A DNA stretch of 49,865 bases from an uncultured delta proteobacterium (GCA_963803975.1 CAWDOY010000002.1:1-49865); one strand, 5' to 3'; shown: positions 38,473 to 48,609, numbered from the stretch's first letter. Numbers and translations: made by a program. The notes: generated by a model not told the origin, from the sequence alone.

Positions 38473-38553
38473 GGTGAAGTAAAACCACAAGCACACTGAT
38501 TCTGTCTTGTGGTTTGCGGGTTAATGGTAACTGATCAGCGGCAGCAGCGCGCG

Positions 38554-39834
38554 CTACTCTGTGGCGTACAGAGAGGAGTTGTCTTCAAGATAGCGGGAAG
38601 CCATTCCCTTCTGCTCGCCTTTCCGCGATTGATTGATCACTCTGTTGACGATGTTCCAGAACACGCGCTCATCAAATCCGAGATGCTTCTGGTTGAAGAC
38701 CTCAACGATATTTTTCATGAACTGAAAGGCACCCTTGGAATCGCTCTCCTTTTCCCTTTTAACATCTGCAACAATGCGGTCAATCTCAGATGCCTTGGCC
38801 TCGATCCCCTGTTCCTGCAGCAGGCGCCGCACCAGAGCACGGCCCGAGTGCTTTCCCAGGACAAATGCCCGGTCCCGGCCGACCTCTTCCGGCCGGATAG
38901 GTTCATAGGTTTCGAGATTTTTCAGAATCCCGTCCACGTGGATGCCGGACTCGTGCCTGAACGCGTTGTAGCCGACGACTGATTTATTGGGCGCGACGAT
39001 GATCCCGGAGTAATCTTCCACAAGCTTTGAAAGGGCATAGATCTTGTCGGTATTTACGTGGTGCTTTATTTTAAGCAGGTTTCCTGTTGCCATCACCACT
39101 TCTTCCAGGGATGCGTTTCCTGCCCGCTCGCCTATGCCGTTGACGGTCAGGGTCGGATATTCCACGCCTGCTTCAATGGCTGCGAGCGTGTTGGCGGTGG
39201 CAAGGCCGAAGTCATTGTGGCAGTGAATGCCGAAGCGGATCTTTTCTTTCATCTTCTGCCTGATGGTGAGGCAGAGATCACGTATTCCCTGTGGGGTGAG
39301 AACCGAGACGGTATCGCAGATGATAATTTTATCAGCGCCGGCACGCGCCACCCGGTCAAAGAGCGGAATAATAAAGTCCATGTCAGCCCGGGCCGTGTCT
39401 TCGGCCACAAAATCCACCACCATGCCGTGGCTGACTGCATATTCAACCGACTGGAGGGCCCGCTCTTCCGCCTCTGCACGGGTGGTGCTGAATTTATAGT
39501 TGAGATGGATGTCACTGACCGGCGTAAACAGAAATGCTTCCCGCGCTCCGCAGCTCAGCGCTACATCCACATCCTGTTTTTTGGCGCGAATGGAGACCGC
39601 CAGGTTGATCTTCCATTTTCTACTTAAAATAGTTTTAATATTTTTTGCCTCATTGAGAGAAACGATGGGCAGCCCGACATCTACCGTATCGATGCCTGCT
39701 TCCTCCATCGCCTCAATGAGCCTGATTTTTTCCCTGCAGGAAAAGAAGACTCCGGGAGCCTGCTCGCCGTCGCGAAGGGTCTCATCAATGATATATATTT
39801 CTTTTGCTCTGGTTTCTTCCATAGTATCCCCCAT
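38554..39834 (-). CDS. Homocitrate/isopropylmalate synthase family (NifV/AksA-type, no LeuA regulatory domain)
   Basis: [41 protein letters not shown]; 426 aa. Confidence 0.92.
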   Translation of the reverse strand: MGDTMEETRAKEIYIIDETLRDGEQAPGVFFSCREKIRLIEAMEEAGIDTVDVGLPIVSLNEAKNIKTILSRKWKINLAVSIRAKKQDVDVALSCGAREAFLFTPVSDIHLNYKFSTTRAEAEERALQSVEYAVSHGMVVDFVAEDTARADMDFIIPLFDRVARAGADKIIICDTVSVLTPQGIRDLCLTIRQKMKEKIRFGIHCHNDFGLATANTLAAIEAGVEYPTLTVNGIGERAGNASLEEVVMATGNLLKIKHHVNTDKIYALSKLVEDYSGIIVAPNKSVVGYNAFRHESGIHVDGILKNLETYEPIRPEEVGRDRAFVLGKHSGRALVRRLLQEQGIEAKASEIDRIVADVKREKESDSKGAFQFMKNIVEVFNQKHLGFDERVFWNIVNRVINQSRKGEQKGMASRYLEDNSSLYATE

Positions 39835-39885
39835 TGATTTGTAGACACCGGGAACACCGGCTGCGGTTCTGCGTTTCCGGCGGTT

Positions 39886-41277
39886 TCATGGTGCTGCAGC
39901 GTCTATTTTAAATTTTCCGAACTTTGGCGTCCGCGTTACCCGCATCACGTTAAAATACTGCCAGGGATCAAGCGGCGTTGACCAGTGCGGGTATTTTTTA
40001 CACCAGGCCTCTGCCATCTGGAAGTCCTCCCGGGTCAGGTTGTGCGGGTAGTGAAAGGTCGGGCTCAGGTAATCGCCGGAGGGTCCCATAAAGACGATGT
40101 CTTCCGGTTTTGCTACGGCAAAGAGCGGCGTATCAGGATAAATCCGTATGCCGAAGACGGTGAGAATATTGTCCGGCTGCGGCATGCTTTCCAGAAACTT
40201 AAAACCGTCGGCGATGGTCTCCCTGGTTTCCCCGGGACCGCCTAACAGAAGCTGAAATGAGGTGGCAATGCCGGCTTTTTTATAGCAGGCGGAGGCCCGG
40301 GCAATATCCGCCTGGGTGAACCCTTTACCCATCCGCTCCAGCATCTCCTCTGAGGCGACATCAATCCCCACGTCCGCACCGATGCAGCCCGAGCGCGCCA
40401 TGAGCGAGGCCATGTCATCAGAGATGCCCACCGGATTTACGTTGGCGTACCATTTTATTTTTACCTCCCGGCGGATGATCTCTTCACAGATGGCGCAGGC
40501 ATGGTTTGTGGGGAAGTTAAAGACGCTGTCAACAAAGAAAAAATAGTCAAGGTTCCAGAACCGCTGCGCTTCAACGATTTCATCGACTGCTCTCCGGGGC
40601 GATTTCAGACGGTAGGTTTTGCCGTCAATGCGCGGATGCTCGCAGTATATGCACGTAAAGGCGCAGCCCCGCTTGGTCTGGAGGCCGATATAACCTTTTT
40701 TCTGGATATACTTTTCATAATCAAGCAGATCAAACGCTGCCGGCGGCATCATTTCTACATCCGGTATGAGCTGCTGCGGGTTGCAGGTATAGCTCCCGTT
40801 TGTCTGATAGACAAGGCCCGCGATATGCTCATAGGATGAGCCTTCGGTGAGGGCACGAGCCAGCTGCACGCAGGCTATTTCGCCCTCACCCTGGATGCCG
40901 AACTTGAGGCCAAGGTATTTCAATGCTTCTACCGGAAACAGGGAATATCCCGGGCCGCCGACAACAAACGGAACATCGGTGAGCGTCTTTAAAAAAGCAA
41001 CTACTTCCCTGATGTCAGGAAGGTAGTAGCGCAACGCCGACATGCAGGTATTGTCAATATTGCGGATGGACAGCCCCACAAGCTGAGGCTTGAATTCATT
41101 AATTGTTTCCTGAAATATTCTCTGCTCTTCTTTTTGCGAAAAGAGAAACATCCGGTCAATAACCCTGATGTCATGCCCCGCCTTTCTCAGGCTTGAAGCA
41201 ACAAGCGATAGACCGATGGGAGCAGCAGGTATGGGCCAGCGCTCCTGGTTGGTATTTATTAAAAGTATTCTCATCAA
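39886..41277 (-). CDS. B12-binding domain radical SAM protein (resembles the lipid-biosynthesis/ladderane-associated type)
   Basis: MRILLINTN..P.PAAPIGL, SIRNIDN, GGPGYSLFP, QTKRGCAFTCIYC, FVDSVFN, LGGPGET, GIRIYP. Confidence 0.9.
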   Translation of the reverse strand: MMRILLINTNQERWPIPAAPIGLSLVASSLRKAGHDIRVIDRMFLFSQKEEQRIFQETINEFKPQLVGLSIRNIDNTCMSALRYYLPDIREVVAFLKTLTDVPFVVGGPGYSLFPVEALKYLGLKFGIQGEGEIACVQLARALTEGSSYEHIAGLVYQTNGSYTCNPQQLIPDVEMMPPAAFDLLDYEKYIQKKGYIGLQTKRGCAFTCIYCEHPRIDGKTYRLKSPRRAVDEIVEAQRFWNLDYFFFVDSVFNFPTNHACAICEEIIRREVKIKWYANVNPVGISDDMASLMARSGCIGADVGIDVASEEMLERMGKGFTQADIARASACYKKAGIATSFQLLLGGPGETRETIADGFKFLESMPQPDNILTVFGIRIYPDTPLFAVAKPEDIVFMGPSGDYLSPTFHYPHNLTREDFQMAEAWCKKYPHWSTPLDPWQYFNVMRVTRTPKFGKFKIDAAAP

Positions 41278-41473
41278 CGCCCTCTCAGATCCATAAAAAC
41301 CAATAGCGATAAATACTTTACATGTAAACCATTTACATATAAGTAATGGTTTTGCCTTGATTTGTCAACCAAAAACTATTGCATGGATATATGTCTGAAA
41401 TTGCTTGACTTAATACATGTGGCTTGCTGTTGGGGCGGGATACTTTCCCTGCTGTGGGGGGCCGGGAAGGGTT

Positions 41474-42863
41474 TTAATTACCATCTCTGGCCTTGAGAAA
41501 CAGATTGATGAGATTTTTATCAAGCTCTTCTTTGCGGGATATTTTCAACTGTTTTTTAAACTCTGCTAACGAATACCACTGCCCGTGCCATGGAACGGTG
41601 CCCTCCGGCGCTTCCATATTTGCCGAAAGCATGGCGGGTCACCTCTCCGGCATGCTCCACGTACCCCACGTTTCTCACGCAGAGCACAATCTGCTTTTCA
41701 ACAATTCCCGACACTAATGACCACTGAGCATCATCAATCTGCATACAGAAATCTGCCAGCCGCGGAATAATATCTTCCCGCTCCTTCTCTACCCTGCCAA
41801 GGTTAACAAACACGACATTACCTATCAGGCGATGGCTTTTAAGTGCTTTTACAAACAGGCTGATCTCTTCGGGGTTGAGGCGGGGATGCTCCATCTGCAG
41901 AATCATGTGACGATTGGCGAGCGGGTAGATGTGGGTAAACACCTCAATATCAGCTGGATTTATGTCCCGGCCTAAAAAAAGCGTGTCTGTCTTGATACCG
42001 TAGACAAGTGCCGTGGCAAGGCGCTGGCTGATTTTGTGCTCCTGGGCAATCAGGTATTCTGCCAGGATGGTTGAGGTTGCCCCGTAGTGAACCCGGATAT
42101 CACAGAACGGGGCGTCACAGGTTTCCATCCGGGGGTGGTGATCGATAATGATATCTGCCCTGATTTCAGGATCGCCAAAGTAAAAGGGCTGGACATCAAC
42201 CATGGCGATCCGGGAATATTTTTCCAGGTCCGAGGCAGTTATTTTCAGCAGCTGTATGTCCAGAAGCTGCATCATGACCTGATTTTCGTTTCTGGTAACT
42301 TCACCAAAGGTAGCAATAGGCGCTGTTGTGCTGGTCCGGCCCAGAAGCGTCCGCAGCGCCAGCGCGCTGGCCAGGGCATCGGGGTCAGGGTCATGCTGGG
42401 TGAGAATAAGGATGTGCTCATGGCCGCTGGCGAGCTGCTGAAGCGCGGTCGCCTTTTTACGATTTTCTATCTTTACCCAGCATCGGGAAATATTGCCGAC
42501 GATGAGATCAGAGAGGGGAAGAAACGACACAGTATCATGGCGCTCACGTTCAGCAGTTGCGTCATCAGCATCGGTAAGCACCAGTATTGGGACTGCTGCA
42601 CACTGGAAACGCAGCGCTTCCAGCTGCTGGCTCATAGCGGGGGTACCGGAACAATCGAAAATTACCCGGTCCTCGGCAGTGAGTGCCAGTTCTCCGTAAA
42701 ATGTATTTGACAGCTCCATCTGTTTCAGAATGGTAAACTGTTTTTTCTCTACCGGTACCGGCACGGCGGTGTTATTCACGACAATTGCATGGTCCAGGGA
42801 CCGGAGATACCCTTTCAGCAGGGGCACGATATCCGGGTTCTGTAAGATAAGTATAGTGCGCAT
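41474..42863 (-). CDS. DHH family phosphoesterase with N-terminal extension, probable frameshift near 41570
   Basis: HDPDPDALAS, MVD, IIDHH, GIKTDT, GSAGGH; shifted frame continues LAEFKKQLKISRKEELDKNLINLFLKARDGN to 41474. Confidence 0.88.
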
Positions 42864-42925
42864 GGCTGTCCTATGGTGCGAGCTGAAGAACTGCTATGAA
42901 AATATCCATGGCGGCAGGTTATCTG

Positions 42926-43825
42926 TCAGCGAGATCTCTTAACCAGCAGATGAGGCCGTGAGGCCCTGATACTCATTATGGTTTTCCCCGAGCTGAAAAT
43001 TCTGACCGTGCCGGTTGATTCTGACACGGTAATGGCAATGGCATCGGTGCTGGCAGTTATGGCCGCGGCCGCGGCATGCCGGGCACCCAGGCCCCTGAGA
43101 GGAGCGGTTTTGCCGCCGCCGGCGTGCAGATACCTGCCGGCAGACACGACCACGCCGTCATCCCGTATGATGAAAGCGCCGTCTATGAGCGTCAGCTCTT
43201 TAATGCTTTCCTGTACTTTCGGGTCAGAAATCCTTCGCTCATCTTCCGGATAGCCCAGGAACGGATCAAAGATCATGGGCTTGGAAAGCTCATCCACTTT
43301 TTCCGTATCCCCGACCACAAATATGGTGCCCACCGAAACCCCTTCCCGTCCTTCACGGCCAATTTCCACTGCCAGGTTCACCAGAGCATACAGAACCTCA
43401 GTGGGAATATTTTTAGCTATCCGCTTTAAATCGCCCATTGAGATATGGCTGTAATGTTCCTCGCCTTTGACTATCCGCAGGCTGTCAACCAGCTTTGTGC
43501 CTGACAGGCTGTAGAGGCAGATAACCTTCTCGCCCTTTTTCAAGGTGCCCAGTTCCACAGCGGTGCGCAATATATAGTCCAGACGCTCCCGGCGGGCTAC
43601 CCCCTTAAAGTCACAGATAACGGTTTCATGGAAAATGTCTTCGGCAAGTTTTTCCTGTGAGAGGGCAACCAGGAACTGGCACTTTTCGCTGTAGGCAGGG
43701 ATTGTTTTTAAGAGGACTGCTTTTTCGCAGACGATGAGGATCTTTTTTATTTTCAGTTTTTCTGCAATAGCAATGGCTTCTTCAATGAGCACGATGCTTT
43801 CTTTTTCTGCTTTTTCACCGGTCAC
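42926..43825 (-). CDS. Diadenylate cyclase, DacZ-like (DisA_N domain)
   Basis: EGREG..VGTIFVVGD, IDGAFII, GLGARHAAAA, VSESTG; soluble N-terminal domain, no TM helices. Confidence 0.9.
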   Translation of the reverse strand: MTGEKAEKESIVLIEEAIAIAEKLKIKKILIVCEKAVLLKTIPAYSEKCQFLVALSQEKLAEDIFHETVICDFKGVARRERLDYILRTAVELGTLKKGEKVICLYSLSGTKLVDSLRIVKGEEHYSHISMGDLKRIAKNIPTEVLYALVNLAVEIGREGREGVSVGTIFVVGDTEKVDELSKPMIFDPFLGYPEDERRISDPKVQESIKELTLIDGAFIIRDDGVVVSAGRYLHAGGGKTAPLRGLGARHAAAAAITASTDAIAITVSESTGTVRIFSSGKTIMSIRASRPHLLVKRSR

Positions 43826-44220
43826 CGAACGTATCCTCCAGGAAGGTAAACACCAGGAACGTTTATATCGTTTTAGATCGTTTCTTAGCTTTGCATGCTG
43901 CTATAGTATATATGACTGGAGGTGCTTTGGTTGCTATTGTCAGCAGGGTAATCTTATGAGAATTCTGTTACATCAAATAGCCCAAATAGCCGGGAAAATC
44001 TACCATTAATTTGACTGCTGGCTTTTTTGCTGATTCTGCTTGCATCAGCCGGCTTAGTTTTCTATACCTTTTAAAGGATTCATGTGTTCGGCCGCAGCAG
44101 CAATGACAATGCCGGGGAAGACGCGGCAGAAAAAGCGGTCTTCATCCGAACTGCTGACAAACCAACGTTGCCGGAGCAGCAGAAGCGCTGGCAGCTTATA
44201 GTGCCATCAGGAGATCATCC

Positions 44221-45375
44221 ATGTCTACCACAGTCTCAATAGTACGGTGCCCCGAGTACCGGGAAGAGCTGGTCTATAAAAGCATTGTCGAGGCGCTGGA
44301 CCTGCTCGGAGGGATCAAGCATTTTATTTCTCCGGGAGAAAAAGTGCTTTTAAAGCCGAACCTTCTCATCGGCCGGCCTCCTGAAAAATGCGTGACCACG
44401 CACCCCCTGGTGGTGAAAGCAATGGCGCGCATGGTGCGCGAAGCAGGGGCCCTTCCTGTTATCGGAGACAGCCCGCAGCTTGATTCAGCGCAAAAAGCCT
44501 GCGACAAGTGCGGCATCGGCGATGTCGCGCGGGAGCTGGGCGTTGAGATTGTTGAGTTTGAGCCGGTTGACCTGTCCAACCCGGACGGCAGGGTATTTAA
44601 AAACTTCACCATAGGAAAAGTGGTGAAGGAGGTTGATAAAATTATCAACCTGGCTAAGCTTAAGACCCACTCCTTAACAACGCTCACCCTCGCAGTAAAG
44701 AATATGTTCGGCTGCGTGCCCGCCGCGCGCAAAGGTCAGTGGCATGTGCGGACCCACACTGCCGGGAAAGAATATTTCGCCCGGATGCTTCTGGACCTCT
44801 ACTATTTTGTAAAACCAACGCTCACTATTGTTGACGGCATCATCGGCATGGAAGGGCAGGGCCCGGGGTTCGGCGATCCGCGTCCCATCGGGCTGGTGAT
44901 TGCCGGTGCTGACGGTGTGGCAGTGGACCGCGTGATTGCTGAAATCGTGAACATCCCTGCCGAGCAGGTTCCGATTCTCATGGTTGCCCTGAGGGATGGC
45001 TACGGCATTGGCAGGCTTGAAGAAATAGCGGTCCTGGGCGAGAGCATTGAGGGTGTGAAGGTCGCGGACTTCAAGGCACCGCAGTTTCAGGACATGATGG
45101 CAAAAATTCCCGGCCCAATCATGCGCCTGCTTAAAGCCTATCTCACCGCGCGGCCGACGGTTAAAAAAGAACAGTGCGTGGAATGCGAGATGTGCCTGCG
45201 CGCCTGCCCGAGAGAGTGCATTACCCATCCGGCCGGCGCAATCAGGATACATGAAGATGCCTGTATCCAGTGCCTCTGCTGCATGGAGATCTGCCCCCAG
45301 GGTGCCATAGAACTGCGGCCGGGAGCGCTGCTTAAATTCTTTTCCGCTATAAGAAAAATTTTGGGAAAGAGCTGA
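44221..45375 (+). CDS. DUF362 domain protein with C-terminal 2x[4Fe-4S] ferredoxin
   Basis: VLLKPN, TTHP, KLKTH..T.AVKNMFG, DGIIGMEG.GP, CVECEMC..CP and CIQCLCC.EICP. Confidence 0.92.
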   Translation: MSTTVSIVRCPEYREELVYKSIVEALDLLGGIKHFISPGEKVLLKPNLLIGRPPEKCVTTHPLVVKAMARMVREAGALPVIGDSPQLDSAQKACDKCGIGDVARELGVEIVEFEPVDLSNPDGRVFKNFTIGKVVKEVDKIINLAKLKTHSLTTLTLAVKNMFGCVPAARKGQWHVRTHTAGKEYFARMLLDLYYFVKPTLTIVDGIIGMEGQGPGFGDPRPIGLVIAGADGVAVDRVIAEIVNIPAEQVPILMVALRDGYGIGRLEEIAVLGESIEGVKVADFKAPQFQDMMAKIPGPIMRLLKAYLTARPTVKKEQCVECEMCLRACPRECITHPAGAIRIHEDACIQCLCCMEICPQGAIELRPGALLKFFSAIRKILGKS

Positions 45376-45377
45376 AA

Positions 45378-45498
45378 GGCTGGTCAAAAACATTCAGATG
45401 CAGGGCGCGCGGACAGCAGGAGGAATGAGGCGTACTTTGTGGTACGCCGCAAAGACGAGGGCGGAGCGCAACGCGGCGGATGGTTATTTTTCAGCAGT
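45378..45498. repeat. ~120 nt structured intergenic REP-like element between convergent genes
   Basis: GGCTGGTCAAAAA...TTTTTCAGCAG ends imperfectly complementary; inner GGCGTAC-TTTGTG-GTACGCC hairpin. Confidence 0.5.
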
Positions 45499-45501
45499 TT
45501 T

Positions 45502-45993
45502 CTAAAGTTCGTAGAGGGTTTCATCCCGTTTCGGCGCCGGCTTTTTTCCCTTGCCACCGGAGCCGGCAGCGCCCGAAAGTTCAAACGGCTCTTCGCTCTG
45601 CAGCAGGTCCCCCATTTCACTTTCGATCTGGTCAGGGTCTTCCCCCGCCTCCATGCGCTTGAGCGCCTCGTTCATCCCCTCACCAAGCTTAATGCCGGTC
45701 ATCTCGGTTAATTTGCGCATCAGGTTTGCCGCCTGGCGGGGATCATCCTCATTGATGCGGCCTGCTTCAGAAGAGATCATCTGCATGGCCTTTTCCATGG
45801 CGCCTTCATCTATCGGCAGGTTCTCCATGCCGCCCTCCTCTTTGGCCTTACCGGTGCAGGCGAAAACCGACATCTGCTTCTGCAGCTGTTTCTGGCAGCG
45901 CGGGCAGGGGGGCTGCTTGTCCGTGTTCACGGTGCGGGAAAAAAAGTTGAAAAGGGTATTGCAGTCTTCACAGTAGAATTCATATATGGGCAT
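45502..45993 (-). CDS. FmdB-family zinc-ribbon protein
   Basis: MPIYEFYCEDC...CPRC; acidic helical C-terminus EAGEDP. Confidence 0.9.
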   Translation of the reverse strand: MPIYEFYCEDCNTLFNFFSRTVNTDKQPPCPRCQKQLQKQMSVFACTGKAKEEGGMENLPIDEGAMEKAMQMISSEAGRINEDDPRQAANLMRKLTEMTGIKLGEGMNEALKRMEAGEDPDQIESEMGDLLQSEEPFELSGAAGSGGKGKKPAPKRDETLYEL

Positions 45994-45996
45994 GGC

Positions 45997-46497
45997 TCAT
46001 GACCTTTTAAGTTCCTGCATGCATTTTTCGACAAAATGATTGATAAGGTAGACCACGTTATAGATAACGCTTAAGCCCCCGATGAATTTTTCCTTTATCA
46101 TGCCGCGCGGCAGCTCGTCAATAAGCGCCTCAATCTGTTTTATTCCGGCGTATATGCGCTGATAATCTCCGTGCACCTGCTCGCAGCCGTCAGCCTGAAT
46201 GAGGCCGATTATCTTTTCCTCAATGGCATTGAGGCTGTAGAACATGGAGCGATAGATGTTTTTGGTTTTCGGGTCGGTCCCTTCCAGGGCCTTCTCGATG
46301 ACGCAGATCCGCGCCATGGTATAGCCGATCTGCACATGCTGGGTATTGCGCTTGCTGTAGGTTTCCGGATACCGGTCGCAGTAGGCCTGGCCGATCTCAA
46401 GCAGGTCTTCTTTCTCCAGGGGAAAGCTGCTGTCAAGCGCTATGACAGCTTCCCTGAATTCATCCAGATGTTTTTCTGCTTCTGAATATACCGGCAA
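45997..46497 (-). CDS. Hypothetical protein
   Basis: 166 aa ORF filling the gap between galE and the FmdB-family gene in the same orientation; no recognised motif. Confidence 0.7.
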   Translation of the reverse strand: MPVYSEAEKHLDEFREAVIALDSSFPLEKEDLLEIGQAYCDRYPETYSKRNTQHVQIGYTMARICVIEKALEGTDPKTKNIYRSMFYSLNAIEEKIIGLIQADGCEQVHGDYQRIYAGIKQIEALIDELPRGMIKEKFIGGLSVIYNVVYLINHFVEKCMQELKRS

Positions 46498-46519
46498 CTA
46501 CTGAGCTCATGAGCGTACT

Positions 46520-47504
46520 CTACGTTAGTGTTTTGTCAGCCAAACCTTGCTGCCAGGCCCAGGCAGTTCGCACAATGTCTTCAAGGCTGTAGCTGATTTT
46601 CCAGTCTAATACCTTCTGCGCCTTGTCGCTCGATGCGATGAGATAGGCAGGGTCTCCGGGCCGGCGCTCTGTTTCGACCACCTTAAAATCCCGGCCCGTC
46701 ACCCGGCGAACGGTTTCAAGCATTTCCCGCACCGTAAATCCGGAGCCGCTTCCCAGGTTGAAATAACTGGTCACGCCCCCCTCCAAGGAGATAGTCAACT
46801 CCCCGGATGTGGGCATCGGCAAGATCGTTCACATGGATGTAGTCGCGCACGCAGGTGCCGTCTTTGGTCTCATAGTCAGTGCCGAACACTTTAATGCTCT
46901 CCCGCCTCCCCAGTGCCGCGTCAAGGATAAGCGGGATGAGGTGCGTCTCCGGGACATGGGCCTCACCTATTTCCGCGTCAGGGTCGGCGCCGGCCGCGTT
47001 GAAATAGCGGAAGCGGATGCTGCGGAAGCCGTAGGCGGAAGCATAGTCTTCAAGTATCTGCTCGACCATGAGCTTACTTTTACCATAGGGATTGATGGGG
47101 GCTTTGCAATCCTCTTCCGCGATCGGGATTCTCTCCGGCATGCCATAGACTGCGGCAGTTGAGGAAAAGATGAATTTATCCACCCCGTGTTTTCGCATCT
47201 GCTCAAGAAGCGTGATGGTGTTCTGCACATTATTTTTATAATATTTCTCAGGCTCTGCCACTGATTCACCCACCTCGATGAACGCGCAGAAATGCATCAC
47301 CACGTCGATTTTAAACCGGGAAAACACCGAGCTTAAACACTCCGCGTCGCCGATATCACCCTGGATAAACTCTCCCCACTTGGCAAAGGAGCGATAGCCG
47401 TGTATCAGGCTGTCATAGACGACAACGGAGAAGCCTCTTTTGTGCAGGAGCTTGCAGACATGAGACCCGATGTAGCCGGCGCCGCCTGCCACTAAAATGG
47501 CCAT
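46520..47504 (-). CDS. galE: UDP-glucose 4-epimerase, frameshifted near 46785
   Basis: GGAGYIGSH, FSSTAAVYG, YGKSK, RYFNAAGA, ETHLIP, DGTCVRDYIHV; second frame FNLGSG..RRPGDP..AWAW. Confidence 0.93.
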
Positions 47505-47647
47505 ACAGGAATCCTTCGAATAAAAAAATAACCGCAAAGACGCAAAGAAACGCGAAGCCTGCCGAATTGTTTCAGATGTTGCAAGGTAGTATAGGAGAAT
47601 GAAATTTGGATGTCAAATAATAAGCGTATAGACCGGCATGGTGATGA

Positions 47648-48454
47648 TCATTGCGCCTGCGACTCAAGCAGCATCTTCGCCAGCATCACGGCGTTTTTTG
47701 CCGCGGACCCGGCGTGGCAGTTGTTGAAGAAGACAAAGAGCGTACTGGTCTTTGCGCTAAGGTCATGGATCGGGGGCAGGAATTCCTTCAGCTCTTCTTC
47801 GCTGTAGAGGTAATTATAGCGCTCGGAAACCGGGGCATTGAACCAGTTTCTGTTTCTGCCGTGGAGACGGAAATAGCCGATGGCAGATGTTGCGCGGGGC
47901 GCAAAGGGCATGAGCCCTTCGAGCCGCGGCTCATCCACCGCGCAGTAGCCCATGGCGTTTTTCTGCAGGAAGTCAAAGGTCTTTTCTTTAAGCCAGCCGT
48001 GGTTCCTGAACTCAACCACCATGGGAATATCGCCGAGCCGCTCCCGCGCTGTCTTCAGATAGTCGGCGTTCTCCTGCGTGGGATGAAATGAGAACGGGAA
48101 CTGCATGAGGATGCAGGAGAGTTTTTTATCCGTTATGATCGGGCCGAGGGAGAAGAGAAATTTTTCAAACACGTCCTTGTTGTCCAGAATCTTTTTTGTG
48201 GCCTTGTCCCGTATCTCGTGGGTCATGCCCCGGAAGGCCTTCACCACGAATGAGAAATCAGCAGAGGTTTTTCGCGACATGCCCTCAAAGCTTTTCGCTG
48301 ACGGCAGGCTGTAGTAGGTGAAGTTCACCTCCAGGGCCTTGAAGCCAAGCTCCTGCTCGTAGAAGGCGAGCCACTTCTCCTTTGCCAGGCCGGCTGGGTA
48401 GATGGTGCCCTTCCAGTCATCGAATGAAAAACCGCTGGTGCCGATTTTGATCAT
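47648..48454 (-). CDS. DUF72 domain protein
   Basis: IGTSGF, EVNFTYY, QFP.SF, VEFRN, YFRLHGRN, RYNYLYS, FFNN. Confidence 0.95.
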   Translation of the reverse strand: MIKIGTSGFSFDDWKGTIYPAGLAKEKWLAFYEQELGFKALEVNFTYYSLPSAKSFEGMSRKTSADFSFVVKAFRGMTHEIRDKATKKILDNKDVFEKFLFSLGPIITDKKLSCILMQFPFSFHPTQENADYLKTARERLGDIPMVVEFRNHGWLKEKTFDFLQKNAMGYCAVDEPRLEGLMPFAPRATSAIGYFRLHGRNRNWFNAPVSERYNYLYSEEELKEFLPPIHDLSAKTSTLFVFFNNCHAGSAAKNAVMLAKMLLESQAQ

Positions 48455-48609
48455 AAAGAGTTATGGGACGCGGTTCGACCGTTCTACAGGCTCACGGCTC
48501 ACCGCAGGCTGATTTGCGTGGATGAACGCTGATTTTATAAGCTTGAATGAGGGAAGTAAAAAAGGACTGTTGTTTTAAATAGCTACCCCCTCGATATGCC
48601 CCCTGATCT

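Noticed and set aside
36617..39834. Housekeeping leuACD or nifV locus
   Set aside because: No leuB, ilv or nif neighbours, no LeuA regulatory domain, embedded among rSAM and Lux genes; symbols withheld
31041..41277. Phosphonate (phosphinothricin-like) cluster
   Set aside because: Enzyme types are analogous but no PEP mutase is present in the window
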